Shown here: positions 28,062-41,982 of the stretch, piece by piece
How the letters are laid out: every line of letters starts with the position of its first letter
How positions within the stretch are numbered: the stretch's first letter is position 1
The notes under the pieces: generated by a model
What the model was told of the DNA's origin: nothing
Databases searched by the model: none
Seen by the model: the letters and a program-made list of their open reading frames with translations, nothing else
Translations under genes and position numbers: made by a program
Source of the DNA: Chiloscyllium plagiosum
Lineage: Eukaryota
Reading direction: 5' to 3'
DNA length: 64,000 nucleotides
Assembly: GCF_004010195.1 (NCBI RefSeq)
Contig: NC_057718.1
Location: 63,408,012-63,472,011 of the forward strand

Positions 28062-28944
28062 TAACAATGAAGCATGATTTCCCCTGAGGTGTCAAGAATA
28101 ATGGCGTATAGCTACCATCCTGACATGCTGCCTTTCTGTAAATAACTGTCACAGCGTTTCTCTAAACAACAATCAGTGTTTGCCTCAACAATATTCACTG
28201 TGTTTTGAGTATTTTTATGAGATGCTTTTAAACATTGTTTGAGATTCTATTCGGCAAGGCTTGGTTAGACCGAAGTAAAAAAACTTTTGCTTCAGTAAAA
28301 AAATTGTATTTGAGAAATTAATGAAGATGCAACTTGGTAAATCTCCGGGACCTGATGATCTGCATCCGAGAGTATTGTAGGAGGTGGCTATAGAAATAAT
28401 TGATGCATTGGTGATTATTTTGAAACAATTCTATAGATTCTAGAATGATGCTACAGGTTGGATGATTGAAAATGTCACCTCATTATTTAAGAAAGGAGCA
28501 AGAGCAAAAACAAAGAGCTATAACAGTGTCAGATGTATGTCAGGGAAAATGCTCGAAGAATGGGAAATCGTGTTTGACACAATTGAAGCTGTTTGAAGAT
28601 GTTATTAGTAAAATTGATAAAGGAGAGCCGATGGATGTGTTGTACTTGCTGCTGCTTTGGGAAAGCAACTAACATAATCAAAGGACCTCTCCAACCCAGG
28701 TTATACTCTCCCTCCATTCTGCTGGGTAAATGATATAAAAGTTTGAAAGCATGTACAAACAGGTTCAAGAACAGCTTCTTCCTCACTGTTATCAGACTTT
28801 GGAACAGACCTCTTAAATGTTAACTTTGATCTCTTTTTCTTCACTTTCTCTGGGGCAGTAACATTGTATTCTGCACTCTGTTCTGCTACCCTGATATACT
28901 TTGCATGGTAAGATCTGACTGCAAAATGACACTTTCCACTGTAT

Positions 28945-31621
28945 AAGAACATAAGAACTTGAAGCAGGAGTAGGACATCTGGCCCTTCAAACCTGCTCCA
29001 CCATTCAATAAGATCATAGCTGATTTTTTTTGGACTCAGATTAACTTACCCAAGCTCTCACCATATCCCTTAATTCCTTTATTGTTAAAAAAAATGTACG
29101 TTAGCTTTAAAAACATTTACTGAAGTAGCATCAACTACTTCCCTGGGCAAGGAATTCCAAAGATTAACAACCATCTGGGTGAAGAAGTTCCTTCTCAACT
29201 CAATCCTAAATCTGCTCCCTCTAATTTTGAGGCCATGTCCTCTTGGAGGAGAAAGTGAGGTCTGCAGATGCTGGAGATCAAAGTTGAAACTTTATTGCTG
29301 GAACAGCACAGCAGGTCAGGCAGNNNTCCTAAATCTGCTCCCTCTAATTTTGAGGCCATGTCCTCTTGTCCTAGTTTCACCTGCCAGTGGAAGCATCCTC
29401 TCTACTTCTATCTTATCAATTTCCTTCATAATTGTATATGTTTCTATAAGATCCCCTCCTCAATCTTCTGAATTCCAATGAGTATAATCCCAATCTACTC
29501 AATCTCTCCTCATAAGCCAACCCCCTCAACTCCGGAATCAACCTAGTGAACCTCCTCTGCACCCCCTCCAATGCCAGTACATCCTTTCTCAAGTAAGGAG
29601 ACCAAGACTGCACACGGTACTCCAGGTGTGTCCTCACCAGCACCTTGTACAGCGGCAACATCACCTCTCTGCTCTTAAACTTGACCCCTTCAGCAATGGA
29701 AGATAAAATTCCATTTGCCTTGATAATTATTTGTACCTGCAGACTAACCGTCTGTGATTCATGCACAAGGACACCCAGGTCCCTCTGCATAGCAGCATGC
29801 TGCAACCTTTTACCATTCAAGTAATAATCCTTTTTACTATTAGTCTTACCAAAATGTATGATTTCATATTTCTTTACATTGTATTCCATCTAACAGATCT
29901 TTGCCCATTGACTCAATGTATTTATGTTCATCTGCAAAGTTTCACAGTCCTCTGCACACTTTGCTCTGCCATTCCTCCTAGTGTCATCTGCAAACGTTGA
30001 CATACTACACATGGTCGTCAACTCCAGAATCTATATAAATTGTAAATAATTGCAGTCCCAACACCAATCTCTGTGGCACATCACTAGGCACTGATTGCCA
30101 GCCAGAAGAGCACTCATTTATCCCCACTCTGTGCTACCTGTTAGTCAACCAATCTTCTATCCATGCTAATACTGTACCCCCAATGCCATGCATTCTTATC
30201 TTATGCAGCAGCCTCATGTGCGGCACCTTGTTGAAGGCCTTTTGGAAATCTAGGTACACCACAACCACTGGATCCCCATTGTCCATCTTGCTCATAATGT
30301 CTTCATAGAACTCCAAAAGATTGGTCGAGCATGGCCTGCCCTTCATGAACTCATGCTATGTCTGCCCAACAGGACAATTTCTGTCGAGATGCCTTGCTAT
30401 TTCTTCCTTGACAATAGACTCAAGCATCTTCCCCATTAGAGAAGTTAAGCTAACCAGTCTATAATTCTCCACCTTTTCTCGACCTCTCTTTTTAAACAGT
30501 GGTGTCACATTTGCTGTTTTCCAATCTGTTGGAACTGCTCCAGAGTTCTGAGAATTTTGGAAAATTACCGCCAGTCCACCTCCTATTTCTCCCACCATCT
30601 CTTTTAGTACCCTGGAATGCATTCCATTAGGAGACTTATCTGTCCTTAGCTCCATTAGTTTGCCCAACACTACCTCTTCCGTGATAGTGATTGTTTCCAG
30701 GTTCTCACCTATTCTTGTCTCTTTGTCAATTACTGGCATGTTATTAGTGTCCTCCACTGTGAAGACATTACAAAGTATCTATCCAGTGCCTCGGCCATTT
30801 CAACATATTCCATAACTAAATGCCCCTTCTCATCCTGTAAAGGACCAACCTTTACTTTTGCCACTCTTTTTCATTTTATGTATTTAGAGAAACCTTTGCT
30901 CTCTGTCTTTATGTTCTGTGCTAGTTTTTTCTCGTGTTCTATATTACTTTTCTTTTATAGTTCTTCTTGTGGCTTTCGGTTGACCTTTAAAGTTTTCCCA
31001 TTCTTCTAGTTTCATGCTGTTATTTGCCACTTTGTATGCCTTGCCTTTCAATTTGATAGCCTTAGACACCAATGGCAGATTATTCCTTTTGTTACAGTCC
31101 TTCCTTTTCACTGAAATATACTTTTGCTGAGCACTTTGAAAAATTGCTTTGAAAATCCTCCACTGCTCATCAACTGTCCCACCATAAAATATTTGTTTCC
31201 AGTCTACTTTTGCCAAGTCCTCCCTCATTCTTTTGTAGGCCCCCTTGATCAAGCACAGGACCCTGGTATTGGAGTTTATCTTCACACTGTCCATCTGTAT
31301 TCTAACTTCTATCATACTGTGATCACTTCTTTCAAGAGGATTCCTGACTGTGAGGTCATTAATTATTCCTGTCTCATTACACAGGACCAGATCTAGGATA
31401 GCTTGCTCCCTTGTCAATTCCATTACATAGTTTTCAAGAAAACTATTGCAGGTACACTCAATAAATTCCTCCTCAAGGTTACCCTGATCGAGCTGGTTCG
31501 ACCAATCTACATGTAGATTAAAATCCCCCATGATAATTGCTGTACCATTTTTACAGGCATTAGTTATTTCTTTGTTTATTGCCCGCCCCCAATGTGATGT
31601 TATTATTTGGTGGCTGATAGA
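28945..31621 (-). mobile_element. 5'-truncated CR1 LINE, ORF2 from endonuclease to 3' UTR
   Basis: ORFs 30944-31531 (MGDFNL...EQAILDLVLCN...SDH), 30356-30757, 30134-30346 (YLDFQKAFNKVPH) and 29416-29889; tail complement ATAAGAACATAAGAAC. Confidence 0.92.
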
Positions 31622-31636
31622 CTACTGTCTCAGTAC

Positions 31637-32303
31637 GAGCAGGAGAATCGACGTTTCGGGCACCTCCAAACAGACCCCACCACCAAGGACATATTTCCCT
31701 CCCATCCCCTATCAGCATTCCGGAAAGATCACTCCCTCCGCGACTCCCTCGTCAGGTCCACACCCCCCACCAACCCAACTTCCACTCCCGGCACCTTCCC
31801 CTGCAACCGCAAGAAATGCAAAACTTGCGCCCACACCTCCCCCTTCACTTCCCTCCAAGGCCTCAAGGGATCCTTCCATATCCGTCACAAATTCACCTGC
31901 ACCTCCACACACATCATTTACTGCATCCGCTGCACCTGATGTGGCATCCTATACATTGGGGAGACAGGCGGCCTACTTGCGGAACGTTTCAGAGAGCACC
32001 TTGGGACACCCGCACAACCAACCCAACTGCCCTGTGGCTGAACACTTTAACTCCCCCTCCCACTCCGCCAAGAACATGCACCTTAACCTCCTTCTACCTA
32101 TCGCATTCCCAACGCCCCTTCCCCAAGTCCCTCCTCCCTACCTTTTATCTTAGCCTGCTTGGAACACCCTCCTCATTCCTGAAGAAGGGCTCATGCCCAA
32201 AACATCGATTCTCCTGCTCCTTTGATGCTGCCTGACCTGCTGCGCTTTTCCAGCAACACATTTTTCAGCTCTGATCTCCAGCATCTGCAGTCCTCACTTT
32301 CTC
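31637..32303 (+). mobile_element. Penelope-like element with GIY-YIG fragment and terminal repeat
   Basis: GTFPCNRKKCKTCAH...FTCTSTHIIYCIRCT, then ILYIGET; short inverted head at 31637-31661; 15-bp TSD CTACTGTCTCAGTAC at 31622-31636 and 32304-32318. Confidence 0.88.
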
Positions 32304-33759
32304 CTACTGTCTCAGTACATGTGACAACAATAAATCAAGCAGAAAAAACTTAGATTTTCAGGTTTTTAATAAAATCCACCAAAGAGGCTGGTGAGAAAAA
32401 TTTAAAGCACATGGTGTGCGGGTGATGTACTGGCATAAATTAATTATTGGCTAACATATAAAAACAGAGAGATGGAATAAATGGGTCATTTTCACATTGA
32501 CTGCAAGTATTAAGTTTTGGATCCAAGTTGTTCACAATATACATCAATGATTTTCATTTGGGGACCAAATATAATATTTTCAATGTGGATGATACAAAGC
32601 TAAGCATGAATATATGTTGTGATCAAGATATAAAATAGCTTTGAGGGGATTTGGAGAGGCTTACTAAATGGGCAAGAAGATGGCAGATGGAACATGAGGA
32701 AAAAAGCGAGGTTACCTATTCCAGTAGTATGAACAGATGTGCAGAGTATTTATTAAATGGTAAGAAGTTGGAAAGTGTAAATGTCCAATGGGATTTAGGT
32801 GGCCTTGTCAATAAGTAATTGAAGGTTAATGTGCAGGTGAAGCAAGATATTAGTATGGCTAACGAATTGTCTCACTAAAATAAAACAAAACTATGGATGC
32901 TGAAGATCTGAAACAAAAACAGAAATTGCTAGTAAAACTGAACAGGTCCGGCAGCATCTTTGGAAAGAAAGTAGAGTTAATGTTTCAAATCTAGTGACTC
33001 GTCTTTGGACCTGCTGAGCTTCACCAATAGGTTTTGCTTTTGAGACAGAGTGCCGGGATCCCCTGTGGCCATTCCCCTCAATAACAAGTATACTTGGGAT
33101 ACAGGTCTCTGGCACAGAGACTGTCCCTGTTGCTCAGAAGAGAAGCGGAGAGAGGAGCAGAGCATTGCTTATTGGGGACTCCATAGTTAAGGGGACAGAT
33201 AGTATATTCTGTGGGAATGAGAGAGACTCGCATTTGGTGTGTTGCCTCCCAGGTGCCAGGGTTCATGATGTCTCAGATCCTGGTTTTGGGATCCTTAAGG
33301 AGGAGGGGGAGCAGCTTCAAGTCATGGTCCACATGGGAACCAGCGACATCGGTAGGAAAAGGAATGGGGATGTAAGGCTAGGGTGGAAGCTCAGAGCGAG
33401 AACAAACAGAGTCGTTACCTCTGGTTTGTTACCTGTGCCATGTGCTAGTAAGGCAAGGAGCAGGGAGAGAGAGGATTTGAAGACATAGCTGCAGGGATGA
33501 TGAGAAGAGATTCAGATATCTGGATAATTAAGGCTCATTCTGAGGTAGGTGTGACCTCTACAAACAGGTTGGTCTACACCTGAACCAGAGGGGTACCAGT
33601 ATCCTGGGGCAGTTTAAACTAATTCAGCAGGAGGATGGGAACCCAAATTGTAGTTTCAGTGTACAGGAGGTTGAGAGTAGTAAGGTCAGAAATAAGGTTT
33701 CAAGGTTGCAAGAGTACACCAGCAGGCAGAAAGGTGGTTTGAAGAGTGTCTACTTCAAT

Positions 33760-33908
33760 AGAATCGACGTTTCGGGCATAAGCCCTTTTTCAGGAATGCC
33801 CGGAGCGTCGATTCTCCTGCTCCTCGGATGCTGCCTGGCCAGCTGTGTTTTTCCAGCACCACATTTTTCAACTCTGGTCTCCAGCATCTGCAGTCCTCAC
33901 TTTCTCCT
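33760..33908 (+). mobile_element. Short Penelope-like terminal-repeat insertion with inverted head, at the start of CR1 ORF2
   Basis: 15-bp TSD AGTGTCTACTTCAAT at 33745-33759 and 33909-33923. Confidence 0.88.
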
Positions 33909-36272
33909 AGTGTCTACTTCAATGCCAGGAGCATCCAGAATAAGGTGGGTGAAGTTGAGTATGGGTTGGTACCTGGGACTTCGATGTTGTGGCCATTTCA
34001 GAGACATGGATAGAGCAGGGACAGGAATGGGTGGTTGCAGGTTCCGGTGTTTAAATGCTTCAAAGAATACGGAAGGTGGTAAGAGAGGGGGAAGTGTGAC
34101 ATTATTAGTCAAGGACAGTATTACGGTGGCAGAAAGGACATTTGATGAGGACTCGTCCACTGAGGCAGTATGGGCTGAGGTTAGAAACAGGAAAGGAGGT
34201 CACTCTGTTGGGAGTTTTCTATAGGCCTTCAAAAAGTACTAGAGATGTAGAGGAGAGGATAGCAAAGATAATTCTGTATAGGAGCGAAAGTAACAGGGGA
34301 GCTGTATTTGGGGAACTTTAACTTTCCAAATATTGACTGAAGACACAATAGTTCGAGTACTTTAGATGGGTCAGTTTTTGTCCAATGTGTGCAGGAGAGT
34401 TTCCTGACACAGTATGTAGTAGATAGGCCAACAAGAGATGAGGCCACATTGGATTTGGTACTGGGGAACAAACCAGGCCAGCTGTTAGATTTAGAAGTAG
34501 GTGAGCACTTTGATGATAATGATCATAATTCGGTTATGTTTACTTTAGTGATGGAAAGGGATAGGTATATACTGCAGTGCAAAAGTTACAGCTGTGGGAA
34601 AGTCAATTATGATGCAATTAGGCAAGATTTAGGATGCATAGGATGGGGATGTAAACTGCAGGGAATGGGGATAGTTGAAATGTGGAGCTTATTCAAGAAA
34701 CAGCTACTGTCAGGCAGGGAGGATGTGATCGAGAGTGAGGGAGCCATGGTTTACTAAAGAAGTTGAATCTCTTGTCAAGAGGATGAAGAAAGCTTATGTA
34801 AAAAAGAGAAGTGAAGTCTCAGGGCGCTTGAGAGTTACAAGTTAACCAGGAAGGACCTAAAGAGAGAGCTAAGAAGAGCCAGGAGGGGACATGAGAAGTT
34901 GTTGGCAAGTAGGATCAAGGAAAACCCTAAAGGTTTCTATAGATATGTCAGGAATAAAAGAATGACTAGAGTAAGATTAGGGCCTGTCAAGGACAGTAGT
35001 GGGAATTTGTGCGTGGAATCCAAGAGATAGGAAAGGCACTAAATGAATATTTTTCGTCAGTATTCATACTGAAAAATGACAGTAATTTTGAGTAGAATAC
35101 TGAGATACAGGCTATTAGACTAGACAGGATTGAGGTTCATAAGGAGGAGGTGTTAGCAATTCTTAAAGTGTGAAAAATAGATAAGACTCCGGGCTGGATG
35201 GGATTTTTCCTAGGATTCTCTGGGAAGCTAGCGAGGAAATTGCAGAACCTTTGGCTTGGATCTTTATGTCATCATTGTCTACAGGAGTAATGCCAGAAGA
35301 CTGGAGGAAAGCAAAGGTTGACCCCCTTATTCAAGAAGGGGAACAGAGATAACCCTGGAAATTATAGACCTGTGAGCCTTACTTCTGTTGTGGATAAAGT
35401 GTTGGAAAGGATTTTAATAGATAGGATTTATAATCATCTAGAGAGGAAGAAGTTGATTGGGGATAGTCAACACTGTTTTGGGAAGGGTAGGTCATGCCTC
35501 ACAAACCTTATTGAGTTCTTTGAGAAGGTGAGCAAATAGGTGGATGAAGGTAAAGTGGTTGATGTGGTGTACATGGATTTCAGTAAAGCATTTGATATGT
35601 TTCCCCACTGTAGGCTACTGCACAAAATAGAGAGGCATGGGACTGAGGACAATTGAGTGGTTTGGATCAGAAATTGGCTAGCTGAAAGGAGACAGAGGGC
35701 GGTGGTTGTTGGGAAATATTCATCCTGGAGTTCAGTTACTAGTGGTGTTTTCGGTACGCTGCTGTTTGTCATTTTTATAAATCACCTGGATGAGGGTGCA
35801 GATGGATGGGTTAGTAAATTTGCGGATGACACTAAGGTCAGTGGAGTTGTGGACAGTGCGGAGGCATATTGCAGGTTATAGATGGTCATAGATAAGCTGC
35901 AGAGCTAGGCTGAGAGGTGGCAAATGGAGTTTAAAGCAAAAAAGTGTGAGGTGATTCACTTTGGAAGGAGCAACAGGAATAAAGAGTACTGGGGGCTAAT
36001 GGTAAGATTCTTGGTAGTGTGAGTGAACAGAAAGACCTCGGTCTCCATGTACATAGAGCCCTCAAAGTTGCCACCCGGGTTGATAGGGTTGTTAAGAAGG
36101 CACATATTGTGTTGGCTTTTATTGTTAGAGGGATTGAGTTTTTGAGTCATGTTGCAGCTGTACAGAACTCTGGTGCAGCTGCACTTGGAGTATTGCGTAC
36201 AGTTCTGGTCACCACATTATAGGGAGGATGTGGAAGCTTTGGCAAGGGTGCAGAGGAGATTTACCAGGATGT

Positions 36273-37011
36273 ATGATGTTTAGATTGATTCTAATCTAAA
36301 AAGTGAGATAATGGAGTTTTACATGAATGCATGCAGCTTTTGAGCAAAGTACAATGTAACCCTGCAAGTACAAATTCACCCCACAAAATATATGTATGTA
36401 TGTGGATCTTTGTGTGTGTGTGTGTGTGTCTGTCTGGGTTGGGGGTTGTGAGTGTGAGAAAGTGTATGTGTGTGCGTGTAGTGAGTGCAGAGTGTCTTTA
36501 AGTCTGTGAGGGGGTGCATGTGTGAGTGTGGGAGTGTGTGTGTCTGTAAGGGTGTGTGTGTGGGTGTCTGTGTGCGTGTCTGTGTATATGTGTGTCCATG
36601 TGTATGTGTGTATAGGAGTGCCTGTGTGTGTGCATAGACAGAGAACACAGGGGCTAACACCTTCAACATATTGTCTAGCTATCACCAATGTTAACAGCTA
36701 ACCTGAGAATGCAACTTTTTTAAAAAAGGTTGTGTGATTTACATATGAAAGAAGTGAAACTATCATGGTATTCTAACAGATGAAAGGCTTAACAGACAAT
36801 CAATTTTTCAATGTATAATTTCAGTTACATCACACTGTAACTTTTTGCTATAAATTCTGTGTGTTAGGATTGAGCCCTCCATTATCACCTGATGAAGGAG
36901 CGACGCTCCGAATGCTAGTGCGCTTCCAATTAAACCTGTTGGACTATAACCTGGTGTTGTGTGATTTTTAACTTTGTACACCCCAGTCTAACACCAGCAT
37001 CTCCAAATCAT
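36273..37011 (+). mobile_element. Penelope-like non-autonomous element with internal (TG)n-rich tract, inserted in CR1 ORF2
   Basis: Interrupts CR1 between RRFTRM and GLEG; TG-rich tract at 36410-36635; hammerhead-like motif at 36886-36920. Confidence 0.65.
36886..36920 (+). ncRNA. Minimal type I hammerhead ribozyme-like motif (one core substitution)
   Basis: CAC-CTGATGA-A-GGAGC-GAC-GCTCC-GAAT-GC-TA-GTG; stem I CAC/GTG, stem II GGAGC/GCTCC; GAAA is mutated to GAAT. Confidence 0.6.
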
Positions 37012-37727
37012 GGTTTGGAGGGAAGGTCTTGTGAGGAACTTTAGGCTGTTTTCCTTAGAGAGTGTGTTGAAAGGTGACTAAATAGACACATAAGGTAATC
37101 AGAGGGTTAGACAGTGAGAGCCTTTTTCCTCAGATGGTAATAGCTACCACGAGGAGACATAGCTTGAAATTGAGGGGTGATAGATATAGTACAGATATCA
37201 GTTGTAGTTTCTTTACTCTGAGAGTAGTAAGGGTGTGGAACACACTGCCTACAACAGTAGTAGACTCGCCAACTTTACAGGCATTTAAATGATCATTGGA
37301 TAAACATATGGATGAGAATGGAATAGTGTTGGTTAGATGGGGCTTCAGATTGGTTTCACAGGTCGGTGCAACAGCGAGGGCCGAAGGGCCTGTACTGTGC
37401 TGTTATGTTCTATATTGTCAAAGGATTGTCTCCTTTTATTGTAAGAGGATGTGAGTACAGGAATAGTCAAGTCTTACTTCAGTTGTATGGGAGTTTGGTT
37501 CGACCACACATGGAGCATTTTATGTAGTTTTGGTCTCTTTATCTCAAGAAAGATATTATTGCCATAGAGGGATGCAGTAAAGGTTCACCAGACTTGTTCC
37601 TTGGATGGTAGGACTTTACCATGAAGAGAGATTGGACAATTATTGGCCTATATTCATGGGTGTCTCAAAGAATTAGAAACTATCTCACTGTAAATTATAG
37701 AATGCTTCAAAGATAAATGGGATTAAT

Positions 37728-38035
37728 AGAACTGCTACAATGTGAAAACAGGTCATTCGGCCTAACAGATCCACACCAACCCTCAAAAGAGTAATCCACC
37801 CAGACCCATTCCCCCGACCCTATGTTTACCACTGACTAATGCACCTAACCTATTTAATCTCTGAATACAATTGGCAACTTAGCATTGCCAATTCACCTAA
37901 CCCACACATCTTTGAACTGTGGAAGGGAACCGGAGCAGATCTATGCAAACTCCACACAGTCATCTGAGGCTGGAATCAAACCTGGGTCCCTGGCATAGTG
38001 AAGCAGCAGTGTGAACCACTAAGCCACTACGCCGA
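37728..38035 (-). mobile_element. HE1-type V-SINE (older)
   Basis: Diverged tail, V-domain and head. Confidence 0.8.
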
Positions 38036-38279
38036 CAATTGATGCAGGTCAGATATCTCCAATGGTTGGGAGTCTAGTACAAAGGGAAACACTTTAAAAA
38101 GAAGGGGATGGTACTTAAGTCTGGGATAAGTAGAGTTTCTTTTATTCAAATGGTTGTCATTCATTGAAATTCTCTACCACAGGGTGCTGAGGAAACTATA
38201 TTTAAGGTAGAGAATGAAAGTTATCATTCCAATGGCATAGAGACTAATGGGGATGGGCATTTGTAAAAAGCAGTGAAAT

Positions 38280-38470
38280 TCTGGATGTAGGTTTTGTCAC
38301 CATACTAGGTAACATCTTCAGTGAGCCTCCGAAAAGGCACTGGTGGTGTAGTCCATTTTCTATTTATATGTTTGGGTTTCCTTGGGTTGGTGATGTCATT
38401 TCTGGTTGTGACATCATTTCCCATGATGTCATTTCCTGTTCTTTTTCTCAGTGGGTGGTAAATGGGAAGT
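38280..38470 (-). mobile_element. Penelope-like terminal repeat, same family as 58464-58660
   Basis: Reverse complement GGCTCACTGAAGATGTTACCTAGTATGGTGAC and GGAAATGACATCA repeats. Confidence 0.75.
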
Positions 38471-38614
38471 GTTTGATCAGCTGTGATTGTACTGAATGGC
38501 AGGACAAGTTCAATGGGCTGAATGGCATGCTCCCATTACAGTGTGGCTCAGTGGCCTTTCAGTTTCCCATGCTCATGTTGAGCCCCTCTTTATTATTCAT
38601 TCAAGCAAGTTCAG

Positions 38615-39320
38615 TTTTACTTCTGGGTAAGCATTTATTGTCCATCTCTGATTGCCTTTGAAAAGATGCTGATGAGCTGCCTTCTTGAACCACTGCAATC
38701 AATATGGTGTAGTTACACCTAGAATGCCATTTGGGAGGGAGTTACAGGATTTTGACTCATTAACAGCGATGGAATAGCAATGTATTTCCAACTCACATGA
38801 GTGGCTTGAAGAGAAACTTGCAGATGATGGTGTTCCTACGTATCTGCTGCTTTGACCTAATGGGAAGCAGTCATGATTTTGGAGCGAGCCTTGGTGAATT
38901 TCTGCAGTGTATCTTGTAGATGGTACATATTGCTGCTGCTGTTGCTGAGCATCATTGGCAGAACGAATGTGGTGCCAGTCAAACCAGCTGCTATGTCCTG
39001 TGTCATATCAAGCTTCTTGAATGCTATTGAAGCTGTATTTATCTAGGCAAATGGAGTCTATTCTATCACACTCCTGACTTATGCTTTACAGATAGTGAAT
39101 GACTTGGCAGAGTCAAGAAGTGAGCTATTTGCTGCAGAATTCCAAGTCTGTGTTCTGCTCTTGTAATTACAGTATTGAATATGGCTAGTCCAGTTGAATT
39201 TCTAGACAATGATAACCCTGCAGAATGTTCATAGTAGGGATTTAATGATGGTTAATGCCATTGAATGTCAAGGGGAGATGGTTAGATTCTCTCTTGTTGG
39301 AGATGATTAATGTGCCCACT
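38615..39320 (-). mobile_element. LINE 3' fragment, family of 9815-12930
   Basis: Complement of the tail (AGCATTTATTGTCCATCTCTGATTGCC) and of the body seen at 12370-12930. Confidence 0.7.
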
Positions 39321-39716
39321 TTTCTTAGCAAGTAAGGTTTTACAAAGTTCCATGGTCCCTCCTCATGTAGGGACCAGAGTTACTGTGGCTCCCACCACAG
39401 CACCGATGACCTACCCTGACAAGCAAATGACACCTGGGAAATTGGCACATATGCTTAATGGCAAGGATTTTCATTCATAAGCCATTTACATTGTAATGCC
39501 CTATTCAGATGATCAGGGACACCCTGCTGGAAGGTCGTACAGAAAGTTGATAGAAAGTTAAGGCAAAGAAGAGGGGCAAAGGTTGAGCAAGTGAAATTGC
39601 CATATTCCCATCAGAAAATCAAAGGTGATTTATTTTTAAAATGCAACAAACAATTTTTAAAAGTTTTTTTTCGCTGATTATCTGCATTTCAATAAGCATG
39701 AGGCTTTCAGTTTTGA

Positions 39717-40028
<312 letters not shown>

Positions 40029-40172
40029 TCAGAAACCTTTTCATTCATATGAGTTGATTATTTTTGTTTTGTTCAATGTGTTAAATTTTAAATTCTGATG
40101 AAGCTTGTGGTTTTACTGCAAGAAGTACATGGCTTGGAATTCAGAATAACTATTTACATTGTCGATAATGAT

Positions 40173-40178
40173 AATAAA
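40173..40178 (+). terminator. Candidate RBBP9 polyadenylation signal
   Basis: AATAAA 145 nt after the stop codon, followed by GT-rich GTGTTGCTTGTTGT. Confidence 0.65.
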
Positions 40179-41719
40179 ACACATTGATCTGTTACACAAT
40201 AATACGTGTTGCTTGTTGTATCAAATGACCAAACTTTAACCTATGCAAGAGGAAGTATTGTCCTTGTGAAATCTGAAAGAAAAGCAAGGAATGCTCAGCA
40301 GGCCTGGCAGCGATGGTGGCTGGAGAATCAGTTTATCCTTTCAGCTTGATAACCCTTCGTTAAAACCAGGAAGTGTTAAGAAGTATAATTAAACCAGCCA
40401 GGGTAAAGTCAGGAGGGAACGGAAGGGGGTGGAAAGAGTTTCGATATCAAAAGGAGGAATAGTGAAACGAAAAGTGATGGTAATGGACAAATGATGTGCC
40501 TTGAGGAACGATAAATGTTAATAGCAGAATTGCCACCAACAATGGCAGCCAAGACAAGAAATATGATCAAAAATTGTTGAACACAATTTTGAGCCCAATG
40601 TGTTAAGTTTCAGTTGAAAAACAGAGTTGTTTCTTGTACTTTAATTGGAACAATGTTGGAGACCTGTGTTTATGTCCTCCTTGATCCAATATACAGCACA
40701 TTATAAACTTTTAATGAACAAACTAAATTTAGCTTTACCTACTGCAGTAATTAAACTTGTTGCTGGGCAGTAAATTTGTGTAGTTTCTTTCACCTCTTTT
40801 TGTGAACTTACTCCAGTTTTGTCACATGATTCAGGGCATACATTGACGTGAAGACTGCTGGCCATATCTAAGCATCAGCTGCTGCTGTGAGGGTTTCAAA
40901 TTATTTTAGCAGTGTTATAGCTGGAAAATATCAATGATTGTGCCTATATGGAGAACGGATTTCCAAGGTTAATCCACCACACCTTTTCAGACTTTAGGAG
41001 GAGTTGTTACCTTGTACCTTTTGCATTCTACTCCGAGGATAATCAATGTCAGATATTTGCCTTTCTAACAGTCTAGTAACACCCAAAATGTAGGAGGAAT
41101 CCTTTTGTTAACTGTAGATATATGCCTCATCTATGTGTAAAGGGCAGATTTGCACTTTGCCTGGATGCAGAACGTAAGTTTGTGATAAGCAGTCACTTCT
41201 GTGTTCATCTATGTGTTAACAGTTGGAAAGGGGGAAAGAGACTGCAACTCTAAACTTGATTTATGTAATAGTGCACTTTCATCTGACACAAAACTTGTGT
41301 GATGGAGACCACCTGGGTTCTTTGCACATGAAGATTGGATCCAACTGCATTATTATCATCAAGATGGTTTTACTGTTATGCCAAACCAAGTGAGAAGAGG
41401 AACTGAGGTCAGAAGTGATCCAGATTATCTGCATCCTAGTTGAGTTCAGTGGAGCAGGGGCATGCCTCTATTGCTCTGACCATCCTCTGCCTCTTTCTCC
41501 TCCCTCTTTGCTCCCCTCAACACACCATCAAATCATGAGGCTCCACCCAAATCTCTTCATGACTTAGCAGAGGGCCAAATTCCATTCTTGCTGTGCTGAA
41601 TTTCTGCAAGAAGACTACTGAAAGTTTCTTAGGCCTCGTGCTCTGTGGATTGGCTTGATTTCACACCAATTTCCATCATAATCAGGGCTTTCAGTGTGGT
41701 CCTGAAGTTGGTGTTATCA

Positions 41720-41982
41720 CTAAGATGAGATATTAAACTGAGGCCCTAATTGAGTGTATATAAAAGATCTGAGTGATTTTAAAGAACAACTATCGTGCCC
41801 AACATTTATTCTTTAACCAACACCAGTTAACCCTGAGCTGCTCAATTAGATGGTGTGTTGGTTTTGGAACCTTGCAGCGTGCTGTCTGTTCCTGTATTAT
41901 AATTACTTGTACACTATTGAACCTGAACTGCTTTGGAACATCCTACAGATGTAAGATGGACTGTATTAAGGCAAATTCTTGT
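41720..41982 (+). mobile_element. Old DeuSINE-like (SacSINE/AmnSINE-type) fragment
   Basis: GAGATATTAAACTGAGGCCC...AAAGATC core and tail CTGCTTTGGAACATCCT...TATTAAGGCAAATTCTT resemble Deu-domain SINEs; recognised from memory. Confidence 0.45.

Larger units (their letters stand above)
33040..37415 (+). mobile_element. Near full-length decayed CR1 LINE (ORF1 SGNH/esterase-like part plus ORF2)
   Basis: ORF1 LIGDSIVKGTD...LVCCLPGARV; ORF2 start LKSVYFNARSI; then DRPTRDEATLDLVLGN, PLFKKGNRDNPGNYRPVSLTS and SKFADDTK; 3' tail TGTTATGTTCTA. Confidence 0.92.
28310..38270 (+). mobile_element. Old CR1 fragment in pieces (28310-28647, 32348-32872, 37425-37725, 38040-38270), host to nested insertions
   Basis: Coding continuity across junctions: GEPMDVLYL (to 28647) resumes as LDFQ (32350); ATTGTCTC is duplicated at 32866 and 37425. 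Confidence 0.7.

Noticed and set aside
29203..29368. 42-bp direct repeat flanking a Penelope fragment as an unusually long TSD
   Set aside because: It abuts an NNN join, so an assembly overlap cannot be excluded
36296..36688. His/Thr-rich ORFs
   Set aside because: Translation of a (CA)n-rich tract within a transposon
40850..41650. Possible Harbinger transposase remnant (KGRF..CLD-like peptide)
   Set aside because: Similarity too weak to support by eye
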